Source: Prorocentrum cordatum
Lineage: Eukaryota
NCBI GenBank assembly: GCA_963575745.1
Contig: CAUYUJ010000147.1
Span: 62,001-117,623 of the forward strand
DNA: 55,623 bases
Direction: 5' to 3'
The notes beneath the pieces are model-generated. The model made no database searches. It saw nothing but the letters and a program-made list of their open reading frames with translations, and was not told the origin of the DNA. Positions 12,378-24,049 of the stretch are shown here, piece after piece. The translations under genes and the position numbers were made by a program. The number at the start of each line of letters is the position of its first letter. The first letter of the stretch is position 1.

Positions 12378-13679
12378 CTAGTTTGTCAATTCCATTTCGA
12401 ACTTGCTTGCCAAACACTTCCAGCCAACATCAAGGCACGCCCGCCTCAGAATGACACACGTGCTCGTGCACAGGGGCACCTTCGCCTGCACGGCGTCCCT
12501 GTACAGTTCGACGGCGTATTCAACACGCTGGATCATGCTGCATGCATAAATTGCATGGTGGTAGGCGAACCGGTCGGGCTCGAAGGACTGCTCCCGCATC
12601 GAATCGAAGATGGTAATGGCTTTCTCGAACTGGTCACTGCACGCGTAGACCCTGATCATCGTGCCATAAGATCTTGCATTGGGAGCCACTGCGTGGTCCG
12701 CCATCTTCGTGAACAACTCGTGGGCCGCGTCGTGCATACCATGCTGGATTAAAACACCCAACACTACATTGTACGCCGACTGCCGGAGCTGAATCCCTGA
12801 GCGCTCCATCTCGTTGCTCAACTCCAAGACGAATGCTGGATTGGAACGCTCGTGGGCCACAACGATAGAACGATATACCTGATCGCTAAGGGTGACGCCT
12901 GCGCTCTTCATTTTCACGAACCATTCCACGACATTCTCCGGAGGCTGATACTTCCACGACGCCAGCAATCGATTCTGAAGAGTAGGCGACGGGTGGACTC
13001 CATGAGCCCAGACTAGATCAAGAACCCGCAGTCCGTCCATCTAAATGCGCTTGTCATCGAGAGTATCAACGACGAGCTTGAAGAAATTGTTTGATAGGGC
13101 CTTGTGAATGAGGTTTGCACCAGGAACGGTCCCCTTATTCAACATCTGATCGAACAACATCACAGCTGCGTCTCCGTGACCAAGTCTGACGGAGGAATGC
13201 ATCACTTCCAACACTTCTGGAAGTTCGTGAGTCACGCCCTCTCTCTGCGCGCGCTCGACGATGTACACGTCAGACTTCGATCGTTGTGCTTTGAGGCGGC
13301 AATGAGTATTGCGTCGTTTCCTATGCGACGCGCGTTCCTTGACGGAGACTGCGCAACAAGCTTCGCACCTACTGTCGAACATCGCCTTGTCGATCAACGA
13401 CGTTGTAGTGGTCAACTGATTCACGTTGGTGATCTTATCCGTGTTCTTCGTATTGCGTGGATCGAGGAAGAAGCCGAGAACGCAGAGCGATAGCAAGAAC
13501 GTGTCGATACCGATCTGGAGACTTGTTCCTCCAAAACTGCTGGACGTGGCAGTGAAAACGGGACGTAACGCGTAGAAGGCCGCGCAGAGCGAGGCGACCC
13601 CCATAGTAAGACTGTGGGCGGCACGCCCCTCGGAGAAGTGCCGATAGGTCTGCTGCGCCGTCGCAATATACATTGGCAT
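12378..13679 (-). pseudogene. Intronless pentatricopeptide-repeat (PPR) protein retrocopy with one in-frame TAG (13041-13043)
   Basis: PPR motifs AYNVVLGVLIQHGMHDAAHELFTKMADHAVAPNA, SYGTMIRVYACSDQFEKAITIFDSMREQSFEPDR and AYHHAIYACSMIQRVEYAVELYRD. ORFs 13041..13985 and 12378..13040 abut in the same frame. ATG at 13679 lies ~100 nt downstream of the SL stack. Hydrophobic N-terminal segments. Confidence 0.88.
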
Positions 13680-13779
13680 CTGACACACTGGGAAAATAAA
13701 TGCAATAACGATTAAGGATGTGTGCTTAAACCTTGGATATGATGTTGCCCACGGTCGGGCCAATCCAAACTGGGGCCGG

Positions 13780-13831
13780 CTTAAGCCACAATTGCTGAAA
13801 CGAAAATGGCTTGAGCCAGCATGGCTACGGA
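13780..13831 (-). other. Genomic DinoSL plus two tandem relict SLs
   Basis: Minus strand reads tccgtagccatgctggctcaag (20/22 to DCCGTAGCCATTTTGGCTCAAG), then ccattttcgtttcag (11/15) and caattgtggcttaag (12/15 to CCATTTTGGCTCAAG). Confidence 0.93.
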
Positions 13832-14260
13832 TGGGTCCAGGAGGCGATGTTGGGTGCTCCCGAGGGGGGGCGTAATTCCACCAGCCCTCTGGGCGTCGGT
13901 GGTTTAGGGCGTTTCTTCCACCCCTCCCTCTTCCACGCCGGGGTGGGCCTGGGCGGGAGGGGCGGGGAAGTGTCAGGGCGTCCAAAACGGCCTCGGCGAG
14001 AAGCCGAACTCATTGATGTTACTGGGGTTTTGGCCCCGTTTTGGCCTCCTGAGGGGGGGGCGCTAATTTGTGCCCCCCCTCCGGTGGTCGATCTCCTCCA
14101 AAATGGCTCCAAGAAACGCCCAGGAGGCCCCAAGAGTGCCCCAAAATGGCCCCAAGAGGCCCCCAAGAGGCCCCCAGGAGGTCCCCAAGAGGATCCCAAG
14201 CGGTCCAAAGTGGCCCCCCCGAGGCACCCAAGACGCCGAAAAGCCCCTCAGGACGGCCCT
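13832..14260 (+). repeat. Second, rearranged copy of the 10330-11230 dispersed repeat
   Basis: Shares the gggtccaggaggcgat and ccaccagccctctgggcgtcggtggtttaggg blocks and the ccaaga minisatellite. Abuts the SL directly. Confidence 0.75.
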
Positions 14261-15099
14261 CTACTCGGCTGGGCGTCGTTTCTGGATGGGCTGGTGGGGA
14301 TATTTCTTTGACTGGCGGCTCACAAGGACAGATCCAGGAAACGGGGCGGTCTCGGCTGGGGCACAGGGCGAGATAATTGGCGGCGACGGCGCAAAGGCCG
14401 ACGCAGCAAGTGCACGTGCCAGAGACAAAATGCCCCCCGTTAAGATGCGGGCGACCCGGGAACGGGGACGCGGCATCATAAGGAAACGAACGGAGGAGGA
14501 ATCGCAGTGGCGCCAGCTCGATCCGTACCGACCAGCGCGTAATGGCGTGGGTCACGCCGCGCTGTGGCAGCACGGAGGGCCAGTGAGGCCGCACCGTCCA
14601 TCACGACGAGGAGGCGAAGGAGCGAGGAAAGGCGGCGGGCGCGAGAGCACGCGCGGACAAACAATGGGGGGAACCGAGGAACGCCTTAAGTGGTGGGGAT
14701 ACTTTTTGATCTGCGGCTCCAAGGACGATTCCAGAGAGCGGGTCGTAGCAAGCTTGGGGCGGCAAACAAGATAATTGCCAGCGGGCCAAAAACCAACGCC
14801 GGAATGCACATGCGAGGGGCAAAATGAACCTCATGAAGCCGAACAATGATGGCGGCAGACACGAAGGCCAGCGGAAGGTCGCACAGCGGCGCCAGCTCCC
14901 GAGGCGCAGGCCTGCGAATGACCCGAGGGGAACGCGAAGAGAAGAAGCAGAGGCGAAGACAGGCGCGAAGACACAGAGCACCTCATGTGCTCGAAGACTG
15001 GCCGTGTGGGGGGAAGTCCTGCCAAAGGATGAACCACTTGTGCAGGGAACCGCCCCCCTCAGGCCCTCCAGCCAGCACCTCAGGTGGCCTTAGCCAGTT

Positions 15100-15261
15100 T
15101 GAAGGGGAACTGGAACACACAAATAAATAGACACAAATAAAATAATCCCCCATAGTTTCGCATATTTTCCGGGTTGTATCTTCCCCCCCACTTCCCATAT
15201 TTTCCCATATTTTCATGGAAATCGACAAATAATTGTGTCTGTGTGTTTTTCCCCCTCCTGA
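15100..15261. mobile_element. AT-rich MITE with 5-bp target duplication (CAGTT)
   Basis: cagtt at 15095-15099 and 15262-15266. Imperfect TIRs agggg..aacacac..gacacaa / ttgtgtctgtgtgtttttcccc. Abrupt AT-rich island. Confidence 0.65.
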
Positions 15262-16130
15262 CAGTTGCGGGGTGAATACTGGAGGAAGGAGAGGCGCAAG
15301 TGGGCCAAGCGACGCAGACTGCCGAGGGCCCAACAGAGCGTTGCCAGGGGCGTGTCTGGGGCGAAAGGTCGTCGGCGTCGCGCAGTGGGACGGGCCCGTC
15401 GTTGGCAGGCAGAGCCAGCCAAAGGATGAACCACTTGTGCAGGGGCGTGCCTCACCTGGGCCCACCCGCAGGCGGTGGTCGAGGGGCCCGTCACTGCAGT
15501 CGTCGTGAAGGAAGAGGGGGGGGGCGCAGCCGATAGCCGCAAACCGGTATAATACCAAGGAGGAGGAGGGGGGCCAGGTGGCGACGCAGGCAGTCGAGGA
15601 CCCAACATTGCGTAGTCGGAATGTAATCGAAGGGAAGGCGCCTGCCTGGTGGGAGGGACACTCCACCAGAGCATGGCCACCAGTCGTCGGATGTACTCCG
15701 TCGCAGGAGCTGGGGGAACAACCTTCGCAGCAGTGGGCCGGGCCCGCCTTGGGAAGGAGGAGCCTGCCAAAGGAGGTGCCACTTGTGCAGGGCAGCGGCG
15801 CCACCGGTGGCGGTTCCCCCGTATGGGCCAGAGTGCGGGCCGGCGGAGGGCTGCGTTGTCCTGTGTCTGGATGGCTGTCCCGTGGTCTCCCTGCTGTGAG
15901 TGAGGCGCAGTCAGAGGGCGGCAGTCGGACGGAAAGTCCAGAAGGGGATGCTCCGCGGCCTCCGCAGCCCCCGTCGCTTCCGCCGTGACTTCCCGCACCT
16001 TTCCTCTGGACAGTGCCGCGTGGGCCGGGCGCCACCGACCCAGGTGCAGCTGCCGCTGCCGGGTCCAGTCGACGTTGAGGCCCAGCGCGTCGCTGAGGAC
16101 CCGTACGTCGCACTTGTGGCTGCGGAAGGG

Positions 16131-16290
16131 CTCCAGGAAGAGGTGGCAGGTTTGCGGGTCGTGCCGAAGCGGGTCGAGCGCGCCCTTGCTGCCGGGCACA
16201 AAGTGCCGCTTGGCGAAAGCGCGCCAGGTGCCAGTGAAGGTCGATCCGAGTGTGACTTGGAGTCGTCGCATCGCTTCGCCGGGCGTCTCC
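16131..16290 (-). pseudogene. Dinoflagellate W-x-x-F...G-x-x-DP-x-RHD domain inside a repetitive low-complexity ORF
   Basis: TWRAFAKRHFVPGSKGALDPLRHDPQTCHLFLE in ORF 15213..16976. Resembles a short module I recall from dinoflagellate RNA-binding proteins; not verified by search. Confidence 0.45.
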
Positions 16291-18550
16291 CCGGGGAGGT
16301 CCCACTGGATGTTGTTGATTCCTGTTTTGTGCAACTGCTGCCCCGTGTTGGGGTCTTCGGGCTCTGGCGTGGCCGTGTGTGGCCGTGTGTCCTGGCCGCA
16401 AGTTTCCACAGCAAAGGCCTCGCTGCCCTGGCTGGGGGACTCGCGATCTGCTCGCGACGGCTCCAGCTGCGCGCCTGGCAGGACTTTGCGGGGAAATGCA
16501 GGCCTCATGGTTGGCCGCCAGGCTGGCGCGGAGCGGCGGGAACTGCTCGCAAATGGGAGGCCTGTGCCAGGATGGGAATTGCGCCCATGTCCTGCAGTAA
16601 GAGTGCCTTGCGCAGTACTGGGCGCCCGCGTATCCCGAGTCGTCTGCCTCAGCCTCAGCCTGGGGATGCCCCCCTTGCGCGGCGCGGGGGGAACATGGCG
16701 CAACCTGTGGGTTGCGCCCATGTCCTGCTGCGAGAGTGCCCTGCGCAGTAGGAGGAGGAGGAGGAGGAGAGGAGGAGGCGCAGCCGATAGCCGCAAGATC
16801 TGGCAAATTGAAGGAGGAGAGGGGATCGGCGATGCATCCTCGCGCGGGGCAAGTCGCGTCGTCTTAGATGGCTCTTTCCTCGTAAGCGTGCGTCCGCGTA
16901 TAGTGGCCCGAGTCGTCTGCCACAGCCTCAGCCTGGGGATGCTCTCCGAGCACGGTGCGGGGGGAACATGGCGCAACCGCGTCGTTGTCGGCGTCTACGT
17001 CGTCGACGTCGGCGTCGGCGTCGTCGGCGTCGGAGTCGGCGTCGTCGTCGGCTTCGGCGTCGGCCTCGGCTTCGCCTGTGCCGAGATATGGGTTGTGCCC
17101 ATGTCCTGCTGTGAGAGTGCCCTGCGCATGAGCCGTGCACTGGTCGCTGTATGTTGCCTCCTCTCGAGGGTCGTTCGTATGAGCCGCGCCCTGGAAACTG
17201 CATCCCGGAGGACAGCTGGCGCGCTGGTTGCACTGTGGGGGGAATTCCGCGGCTTCCGCAGCCTCCGCCGTCTCCGCCGCGACTTCCCCCTCCATTCCTC
17301 TGCCTTGCTGGTGCAGAGGGCTGCTGACGGACAGTTTGACCAGAGGGGGGTACTCCGCGGCTTCCGCCGCCTCCGCCGTCTCCGCAGTGACTTCCCGTTC
17401 CTTCCTCTGGCCTGCTGGCGCAGCTGAAGGGGGGGGGGGCGTTCGCGTGAGCTGTGCGCTGGTCACTGCAGGCTACCTCCTCTCGATTCCCCTCCGGGAC
17501 ACCGTCGTCTGACCACGATGTGGGGGGTGGCATCGTGGCTTCTGACTCAAACGCGCGTCGATCCCCATCTGGGACGTTGTCTTCAGTCGACGAAACGGCG
17601 GGGGAAGGCAAGCTGCCGCTGCTGCTGCTGCAGCAGCAGCTGCGGCAGCTGTGGCGCAGCCGATCACTGCCAGGGGGCGGAGGGCGAATCGGCGCGAAGA
17701 GGTTTCTCTCGACGAGCCGGCGTATGGCTTCGTTGTCCTGCGTCTGGGTGGCAGCTCTGTGGTCTCCCTGCAGCGTGTGCGCGCGTGGCTCCCCCAGAGG
17801 ACTGCTGGCGGGCTGATTATCCTGAAGGGGATGTTCCGCGGCTTCCGCAGCCTCCGCCGTAACTTCCCACTCCTTCCTCTGGCCTGTTGGCCCTGCTGGA
17901 GGGGGGGGGTCGTTAGTGTGAGCTGACCGCTGGTCACTATGGGCCACCTCCTCTCGATTCCCCACTGGGACATCGTCGTCTGTCCACGATGCGGGGGGTG
18001 GTATCGTGCCCGCAGCCTCAACCGCCTCTCGATTCCCCTCTGTGACGTCTTCGTTTGTCGACGAAACAGGGGGTGGCACGCTGCCGCTGCTGCTGCCGCT
18101 ATGTCCAGATGCGTCGTCGTGCGTGGCAGGGCCCTCTGTCACGGCGCGGGGGGAACTGCTCACTATTGGGGGGCCAGTGCCAGGATGGGGGTTGTGCCCA
18201 TGCCCTGCTGTGAGAGCGCCCTGCGCAGTGCTGGGCGTTCGCGCATAGTGGCCCGAGTCGTCTGCCTCAGCCTCAGCCTGGGGGTGCTCTCCTTGCGCGG
18301 CGCGGGGGGAACATGGCACAACCTGTGGGTCGTGCCTGTGTCCTGCTGCGAGAGTGCCCTGCGCAGTGGGGGGAGGGGGGGGGGAGGGGGCGCAGCCGAT
18401 AGCCGCAAGATCTGGCAAATTGAAGGAGGAGGGGGAGGGGTCGGCGATGCGTGCTTGCATGGGGGAGGTCGAGTCATCTGGGTCGCGGTCGTGGTCGTCT
18501 TCGGAGCCGTCGTGGTCGCGGTCGTCGTCGACGTGGTTGCGAACGTGGAC

Positions 18551-19798
18551 CTCGGCGAGGCCGAGCGGGCCCCAGTGTCCGACGGGCGCCTGCGCGCTCA
18601 GCTCGCTCTCGAGGGCGCGGAGCGGCGAGTCAGTGTAGGTCACCCCGTCGCCCCAGGCGGAGCCCGTGTGGTTGTCCTGGAAGAACATCCCGATGGTGGC
18701 CGTCCTGGTCAGGCGGCCTTCGGCCAGCTCCGCGGTCAGGGGCCGCCTGTTCTTCTCAGGGTCCTCTATGCCGCCCCCCTTGAACCCGCCGAGGGCCCCG
18801 AAGTGCGACTTGCCGAAGCCCGCCTCGGTTCTGCTGAGCTTGCCCGGGGGGCCCCTTGGGCCCTGACTGGCCGAGTGGCGCTCGAGGGGGCCGTAGAACA
18901 GGAACATTCGCACCCAGTCGGCACCAGACGCCTTGCCCGGAGCGCTCAGGCCCGTCGGAAGACTCGCAAGGGCAGGTCCCTCGGGGACGACACCTCCCGG
19001 CCACAGGGGAAAATCCTGTACGATGTACCCTATGGCGGCCCACGTGGCGACGCGGCCGTGCTTGACCTCGGCGCCCCTCCTCCTGCGGAGGACGTCCGCG
19101 CCGACGTCCTTCGCAAGGCCGGGCGGGCCCCAGTGGCCGACGGGCGGCTGCAGGTCCCATTCGCTCTCGAAGGCGCGCAGCGGCGAATCCGTGCAGGTCG
19201 CCCAGTCGCCCCAGGCGGAGCCCACGAGGCCGTCCTGGAGGAACGCCCCGACGATGGCCATCGCGCCCAGGCGGCCGTTGGCCAGCTCCGCGTTCAGGGG
19301 CCGCTTCATCTTCTCAGGGTCCGCGGCGTCGTCCCCCTTGTGCACCTTGAGGGCCCTGAAGTACGACATTCCGATGCCCACCTCGGAACCGCTGGGGCCT
19401 GGGTTGCACCCGCATGGAACCGACTCGCAGTAGAGGCTATGCGCCACGATCTGCAGCCAGCCTGGTCCTGGCACCGTGGGGAGGGCGGCCAGACCGTTCG
19501 GGGTGTCCTCGAGTTCCCTCTCGAAAGACAGGGAGATCTCGCCGGGAGACTTGCCGGCGGCCTCTGGCGTGTTGTAGCTCATCATGGCGAGCGTGCTCAC
19601 CCGCCCATCCTTGCTCTCTGCCTCGCGGCGTCTCTTGAAGGCCGCGGCGTCGACAGCCTTCGCGAGGTCGGCAGGGTCCCAGAGGCGCACTGGCGCCTGC
19701 GCGTCCAGCTCGTTCCCGATGGAGCGCAGAGGGGGGCCCGTGCGCGGCGCCCAGCCGCCCCGCGTGCTGCTCGAGAGGCCATCCTGGTAGAACATCCG
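18551..19798 (-). pseudogene. Decayed chlorophyll a/c light-harvesting complex (LHC/FCP-type) polyprotein: two full units plus flanking partial units
   Basis: ELDAQAPVRLWDPA...FKRRREAESKDGRVS; LNAELANGRLGAMAIVG; EVKHGRVATWAAIGY. Spacer DSPLRA|FE is typical of dinoflagellate LHC polyproteins. Intronless, with many conserved residues altered. Confidence 0.92.
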
Positions 19799-20757
19799 GG
19801 AATAGGTGGGATCAGCAGCCAGCTGTATACCGGCTCCACCACGCACGCTGTCTGCAACGGCGCTGGGCGGGGGCAACTCCGGCGAGACTCCTCCACGAGC
19901 ATTGTCGTCCAGCGTGTGGGTCAGAGGAGCCCCCGTGCGCGGGGCGCTCTCGTGCCCCATGCGTCTGGTGGGGCCGGGCCTGTGGCCACGCAGAGCAGTA
20001 GAAAGACAGTCGGGCACAGGAAAGAATGAAGAAGAAGCCGTAGAGGTCGAAGTGATAGGTAGCTCATCAACCACAAAAGAGTGGGTAGAACCGTGCGAGC
20101 CATAGAGATGGTGTTCCCCGTGGGACACTGGAGACTGCCACATCTGCTCCTCCATGGGAATCGGCGAGAAAGAGCCCGCCAGGGAGCCAGCCGCGGAGCG
20201 TTGTCCCCCAGTCGATCGCGAACGACCCTGCGAGGATGAGAACAAGACGCCGTGCGAACGCGCCGCCTCACCAAGGCCAGTGCCCCCCGTACTTGCTGTT
20301 ACCGTAGCTGTCAACTCCCGTGAGACGCTGACTATATCCATCTCAGATGCGCCATACACTGGCCCCTGCCCAACATGTGGTTGTAATAGCTGACGACGAC
20401 CATCAGATGAAGAACGTGAAGGTGCAGACAATGAAGGTGAAGAAAAGGAGCCGCCAACGGCCGAATCAAGAGGCTGAGCTGGTGCACACTCGATGCCTCC
20501 AGCGGCCCCCGTGTCCAGACGATGGGGTTGCCCAATGTGCTCTCCTCATTCCTGCGCACCGATCGGGTTGATGGAGTGCGTCCCGCCCGAGAGCAAGGCG
20601 CACGAGTGAACGGCCCACCCGACGAAATACGCCGTCCACTCGCACTTCGTGACTTCTGCGCGAAGAGGTGGCACCATAGTCGCTGGTGAAGAAAAGCGCG
20701 TGAACCATCTGTAAGTAACCAGCGACTCCCGGTGCGGACTTGGACCGGGCACCGTGC

Positions 20758-21119
20758 ACCGTGGTAGAACATCCCGATGGTCGCCATCATCGCCAGCCTT
20801 CCGTTCGCGGACTCGGCGTTCAGCTTGTCATCGAACTTCACCTCGAGCGTCGGGGAGATCTCGCCCGGAGACTTGCCAGCGACCTCTGGCGTGATATATC
20901 CCTTCGTAGCGGGCGCGCTCACGCGCGCATCCTTGCTCTCTGTCTCGCGGCGCCTCCTGAGGGCCGCGGCGTCACCGTCCTGCGTGAAGCCTGCGGGGTC
21001 CCAGACGCCTACTGGCGCTTGCGCCCCCACCTTGCTCTCGAAGGCGCGCGGCGGGGAGTCCGCGCACAGCGCCCAATCGCCCGCCCGCTGCTCGAGAGGC
21101 TGTCCTGGTGGAACATCCG
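20758..21119 (-). pseudogene. Second LHC polyprotein fragment with internal deletion and frameshift
   Basis: RMFHQD../GDWALCADSPPRAFESKVGAQAPVGVWDPAGF...RRRRETESKDARVS...FDD|KLNAESANGRLAMMATIGMFY. The middle helix region is missing. Confidence 0.9.
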
Positions 21120-21398
21120 GTAGTAGGTGGGTGTTGTACTCCTTGAGTGGGGCAGATCTAATGCCGAGAAACGTGTGGAACATGTCAAAACTGTTCCATA
21201 GCTAATCCCATTGGAACCCACCTGAGATCGAATCTGCGCAAAAAAATCCCCCCCTCAGACCAGGGGGCGACCGGGCAGGTGGCCATGCACGGCTTGCCAA
21301 CTGCATGCTGTCGAGCTTGCCCCCTTCTAGGGAGGCCTGCGCCACCTCCCAGCTTCGCTTAGACGACAGGCAGCGGGGCGCCCCGCCAAGCCCGCCAT

Positions 21399-22075
21399 CT
21401 AGGCCTCGCGCCGCGACGGCATTCCGCCTCGGGCACGAAGCTCGTCCCAGAGTTCCTTCTCCAAGCCAACTTGGCCAGCCCGGCGCACGTCCACCGAGCT
21501 CGTGCCATCGAAATCCCGGATGAGGCCGATCCACATCATGCGGAAGTCCGGCGGCGTGGCTGCCGCAAACAACAACTCCCAGACCCGCGGGCGGCCCTCC
21601 CGGGGAAGTGCGAACTTCGGCCGGAACTTGGCCAGCGCATGGTCCGACTTCTTCTCCGTGCCGTCCTTGAGCCAGTCCGTCACCGGCTTGATCAGCTCTG
21701 CGGGAAGACTCTGGCCGGCCTCCAACAGCGTCTTGAGCTCCTGCAAGACCACACCGTGCGTGAAGTGCTTCTTGCTGCCCCACTCGTGGGGCGCCTCTCC
21801 GCCGGGGGGCCCGCGCCGGCCTCGAACTTCGGGCGGCTCGGGTGCTTGAACCACGCGTCGATCAGGCCGAGCAGCTTCTTCTTTATCCCAGTGTCCTTGA
21901 CCAAGATGACGAGCGACGTGGCGTTTTTCAGGTCGTTGACGTCCTGGCCGGTGTACAGGGCGTAGCGCACCAGCTTCATGAAAAAATCGTTGTCCGTGAG
22001 GTTCCCAGAACTGCTCGCCGCGCCAGGGCTTTGGCCGCCCACAGCCCGGCGCTTCACACCGCCACTGGCTGCCAT
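21399..22075 (-). pseudogene. LINE ORF1-like protein (~225 aa), one frameshift at ~21790-21850
   Basis: Two overlapping protein-like frames (MAASGGVKRR...LLGLIDAWFKH / HEWGSKKHF...PREGRPRVWELLF...GLEKELWDEL). Intronless, preceded by an SL-like motif. The ORF1 assignment is inference. Confidence 0.5.
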
Positions 22076-22214
22076 GATCTGGAGCGGGCGCGGGCCATTG
22101 CCAGCGCTTGCAAAAGAGCCACATTGCCCATTCGCTGCAGCGAAGACTGCTTCAAAGGAGCTCGTGGCGTCAATATGTGCCAAAAGTTGGGCCAAAACTG
22201 CGGTCAAGTAAAGC

Positions 22215-22889
22215 AATGCATCCTGTGACCAGAACAAGAATAATAGTCGAAGTATGTCTGTGCCTCCACCGCACTGACAAGATAATGCGTACCCGGTATA
22301 TTGTGTGCAAGACCACGTACCACGTAATGCGTACACAGTATGCTTCTGGACCGTCAATGCCGCAAATGTGTCGTGGTTTGTTTGTTTGTGTTTCTTTGTT
22401 GAAAACCAATCACACTGACAAGATCATGCGTGCCCGATAATATCACCTACTGTACCAATGTTTGGGAGGTCACTGATAAACAACATAATATCTCTGGACA
22501 GTCAATGCCGAAAACGCCATGCATCCTGTGACCAAAACAAGAAGAGAAATTGAAGTATGTCTGTGCCTCCACCACACTGACAAGATAATGCGTACCCGAT
22601 ATATTGTGTGCAAGACCACGTACCACGTCATGCGTACACAGTATGTCTCTGGACCGTCAAAAGACACGTACCACGTCATGCGTACACAATATGTCTCTGG
22701 ACCGTCAATTCCGAAACTGTGTCGTGGTTTGTTTGTTTTTGTTTGTTGGAAACCAATCACACTGACATGTGCAAAACCACGTACCACGTCATGCGTACAC
22801 AGTATGTCTCTGGACCGTCAATGCCGAACATGTGTCGTGGTTTGTTTGATTTTGTTTGTTGAAGACCAATCACACTGACAATATAATAG
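22215..22889. repeat. Lower-GC modular tandem repeats (continued at 23620-24049)
   Basis: Modules gcatcctgtgaccagaacaa, cactgacaagataatgcgtacccgata, ccacgtaccacgt and tctctggac(c/a)gtcaatgccgaaa recur in shuffled order. Confidence 0.9.
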
Positions 22890-23620
22890 TATCACCTACT
22901 GTACCCATGTTGGGAGGTCGTTGCTAAACACTCGGTCGATCTGTCAACATGACCTAAATTGAAATAGAACGTGTCTACAATGTAAAGCACGCTCTGACTG
23001 TGTATGTACCCCAGAGACTGCATTGGAGGAAGATGATAATGTACGTGTGCAGCCCAACACTGACAAGATAATGTGTACCCGATATATTGTGTGCAATACC
23101 ACGTACCACGTAAGTGCATATCACATACTGTACCAACAGTTCCCAGAACTATTGACGTAGTGCTGCGTAGTGCTGCGTAGTGCCGCGGTAGTTCCGTAGT
23201 GCTGCGTAGTGCTGCGTATTGCTGTGAAATGCTGCGTAGTGCCGCTTCTGGCGCTGGTGTTGCTGGTGATGGTGCGTTGGTGCTACTGGCGCTGGTGCTG
23301 CTGGCCGCTGGTGGACTCTGCACAACCTGGTGGGGTTTGTGTACTTTGTTACGGTGGGCGGTCTGCACAAGCTGGTGGAAACAGAGTCTGCACAAGCTGG
23401 TGGAAACCCGTTGCTAGGGGGGGGAGAGGGAGGGTGGTTCGGGGCATAAAGGTGAGGCGTGACAGAGGTTGGTGTCTGTGGAGAGCCCGGCGGCGATCCG
23501 GCGGCGTGCGCAAGTGACGCTGTGGCGGCCCGCCGCGCGCGGGACAAAAAAAACAGGTGCCACAGTTCGGACATGAGTGCGTATTGCTCTTGACTTCTTT
23601 GTTTAGGAATCGGACTTGGT
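22890..23620 (-). repeat. Duplicate of the LINE 3' end (copy of 24050-24810)
   Basis: Near-identical from atcacctactgtacc.atgttgggaggtcgttgctaaac to gacttctttgtttag. Includes (cgtagtgctg)n and the last CPxC zinc finger. Confidence 0.92.
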
Positions 23621-24049
23621 CAAGATAATGCGTACCCGATAATACCACCTACTGTACCAATGTTGGGAGGTCGCTGAAAAACAACATAATATCTCTGGAC
23701 AGTCAATGCCGAAAACGCCATGCATCCTGTGACCAGAACAAAAAGAATAATCGAAGTATGTATGTGCCTCCACCACACTGACAAGATAATGCGTACCCGA
23801 TATATTGCGTGCATGACCACGTACCACTTCATGCATGCACAGTATGTATCTGGACCGTCAATGCCGAAAATGTGTCGTGGCTGTGCCAATGTTGGGAGGT
23901 CGCTGATAAACAACAAAATCTCTCTGGACAGTCAATGCCGAAAATGCCATGCATCCTGTGACCAGAACAAGATGAATAATCGAAGTATGTATGTGCCTCC
24001 ACCACACCGACAAGATAATGCGTACCCGATATATCGTGTGCAATAATAA

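Noticed and set aside
13810..13831. SL RNA gene
   Set aside because: The SL is followed by relict SLs and a coding region, not by a GT donor and SL intron, so it is a retrocopy mark.
13680..13985. N-terminal extension of ORF 13041..13985
   Set aside because: It reads through the 5' UTR, the SL stack and an upstream repeat. The plausible start is the ATG at 13679.
16928..20431. 1167-aa ORF as a functional gene
   Set aside because: Conserved LHC residues are degraded and the rest is low-complexity duplicated sequence. High GC explains the lack of stops.
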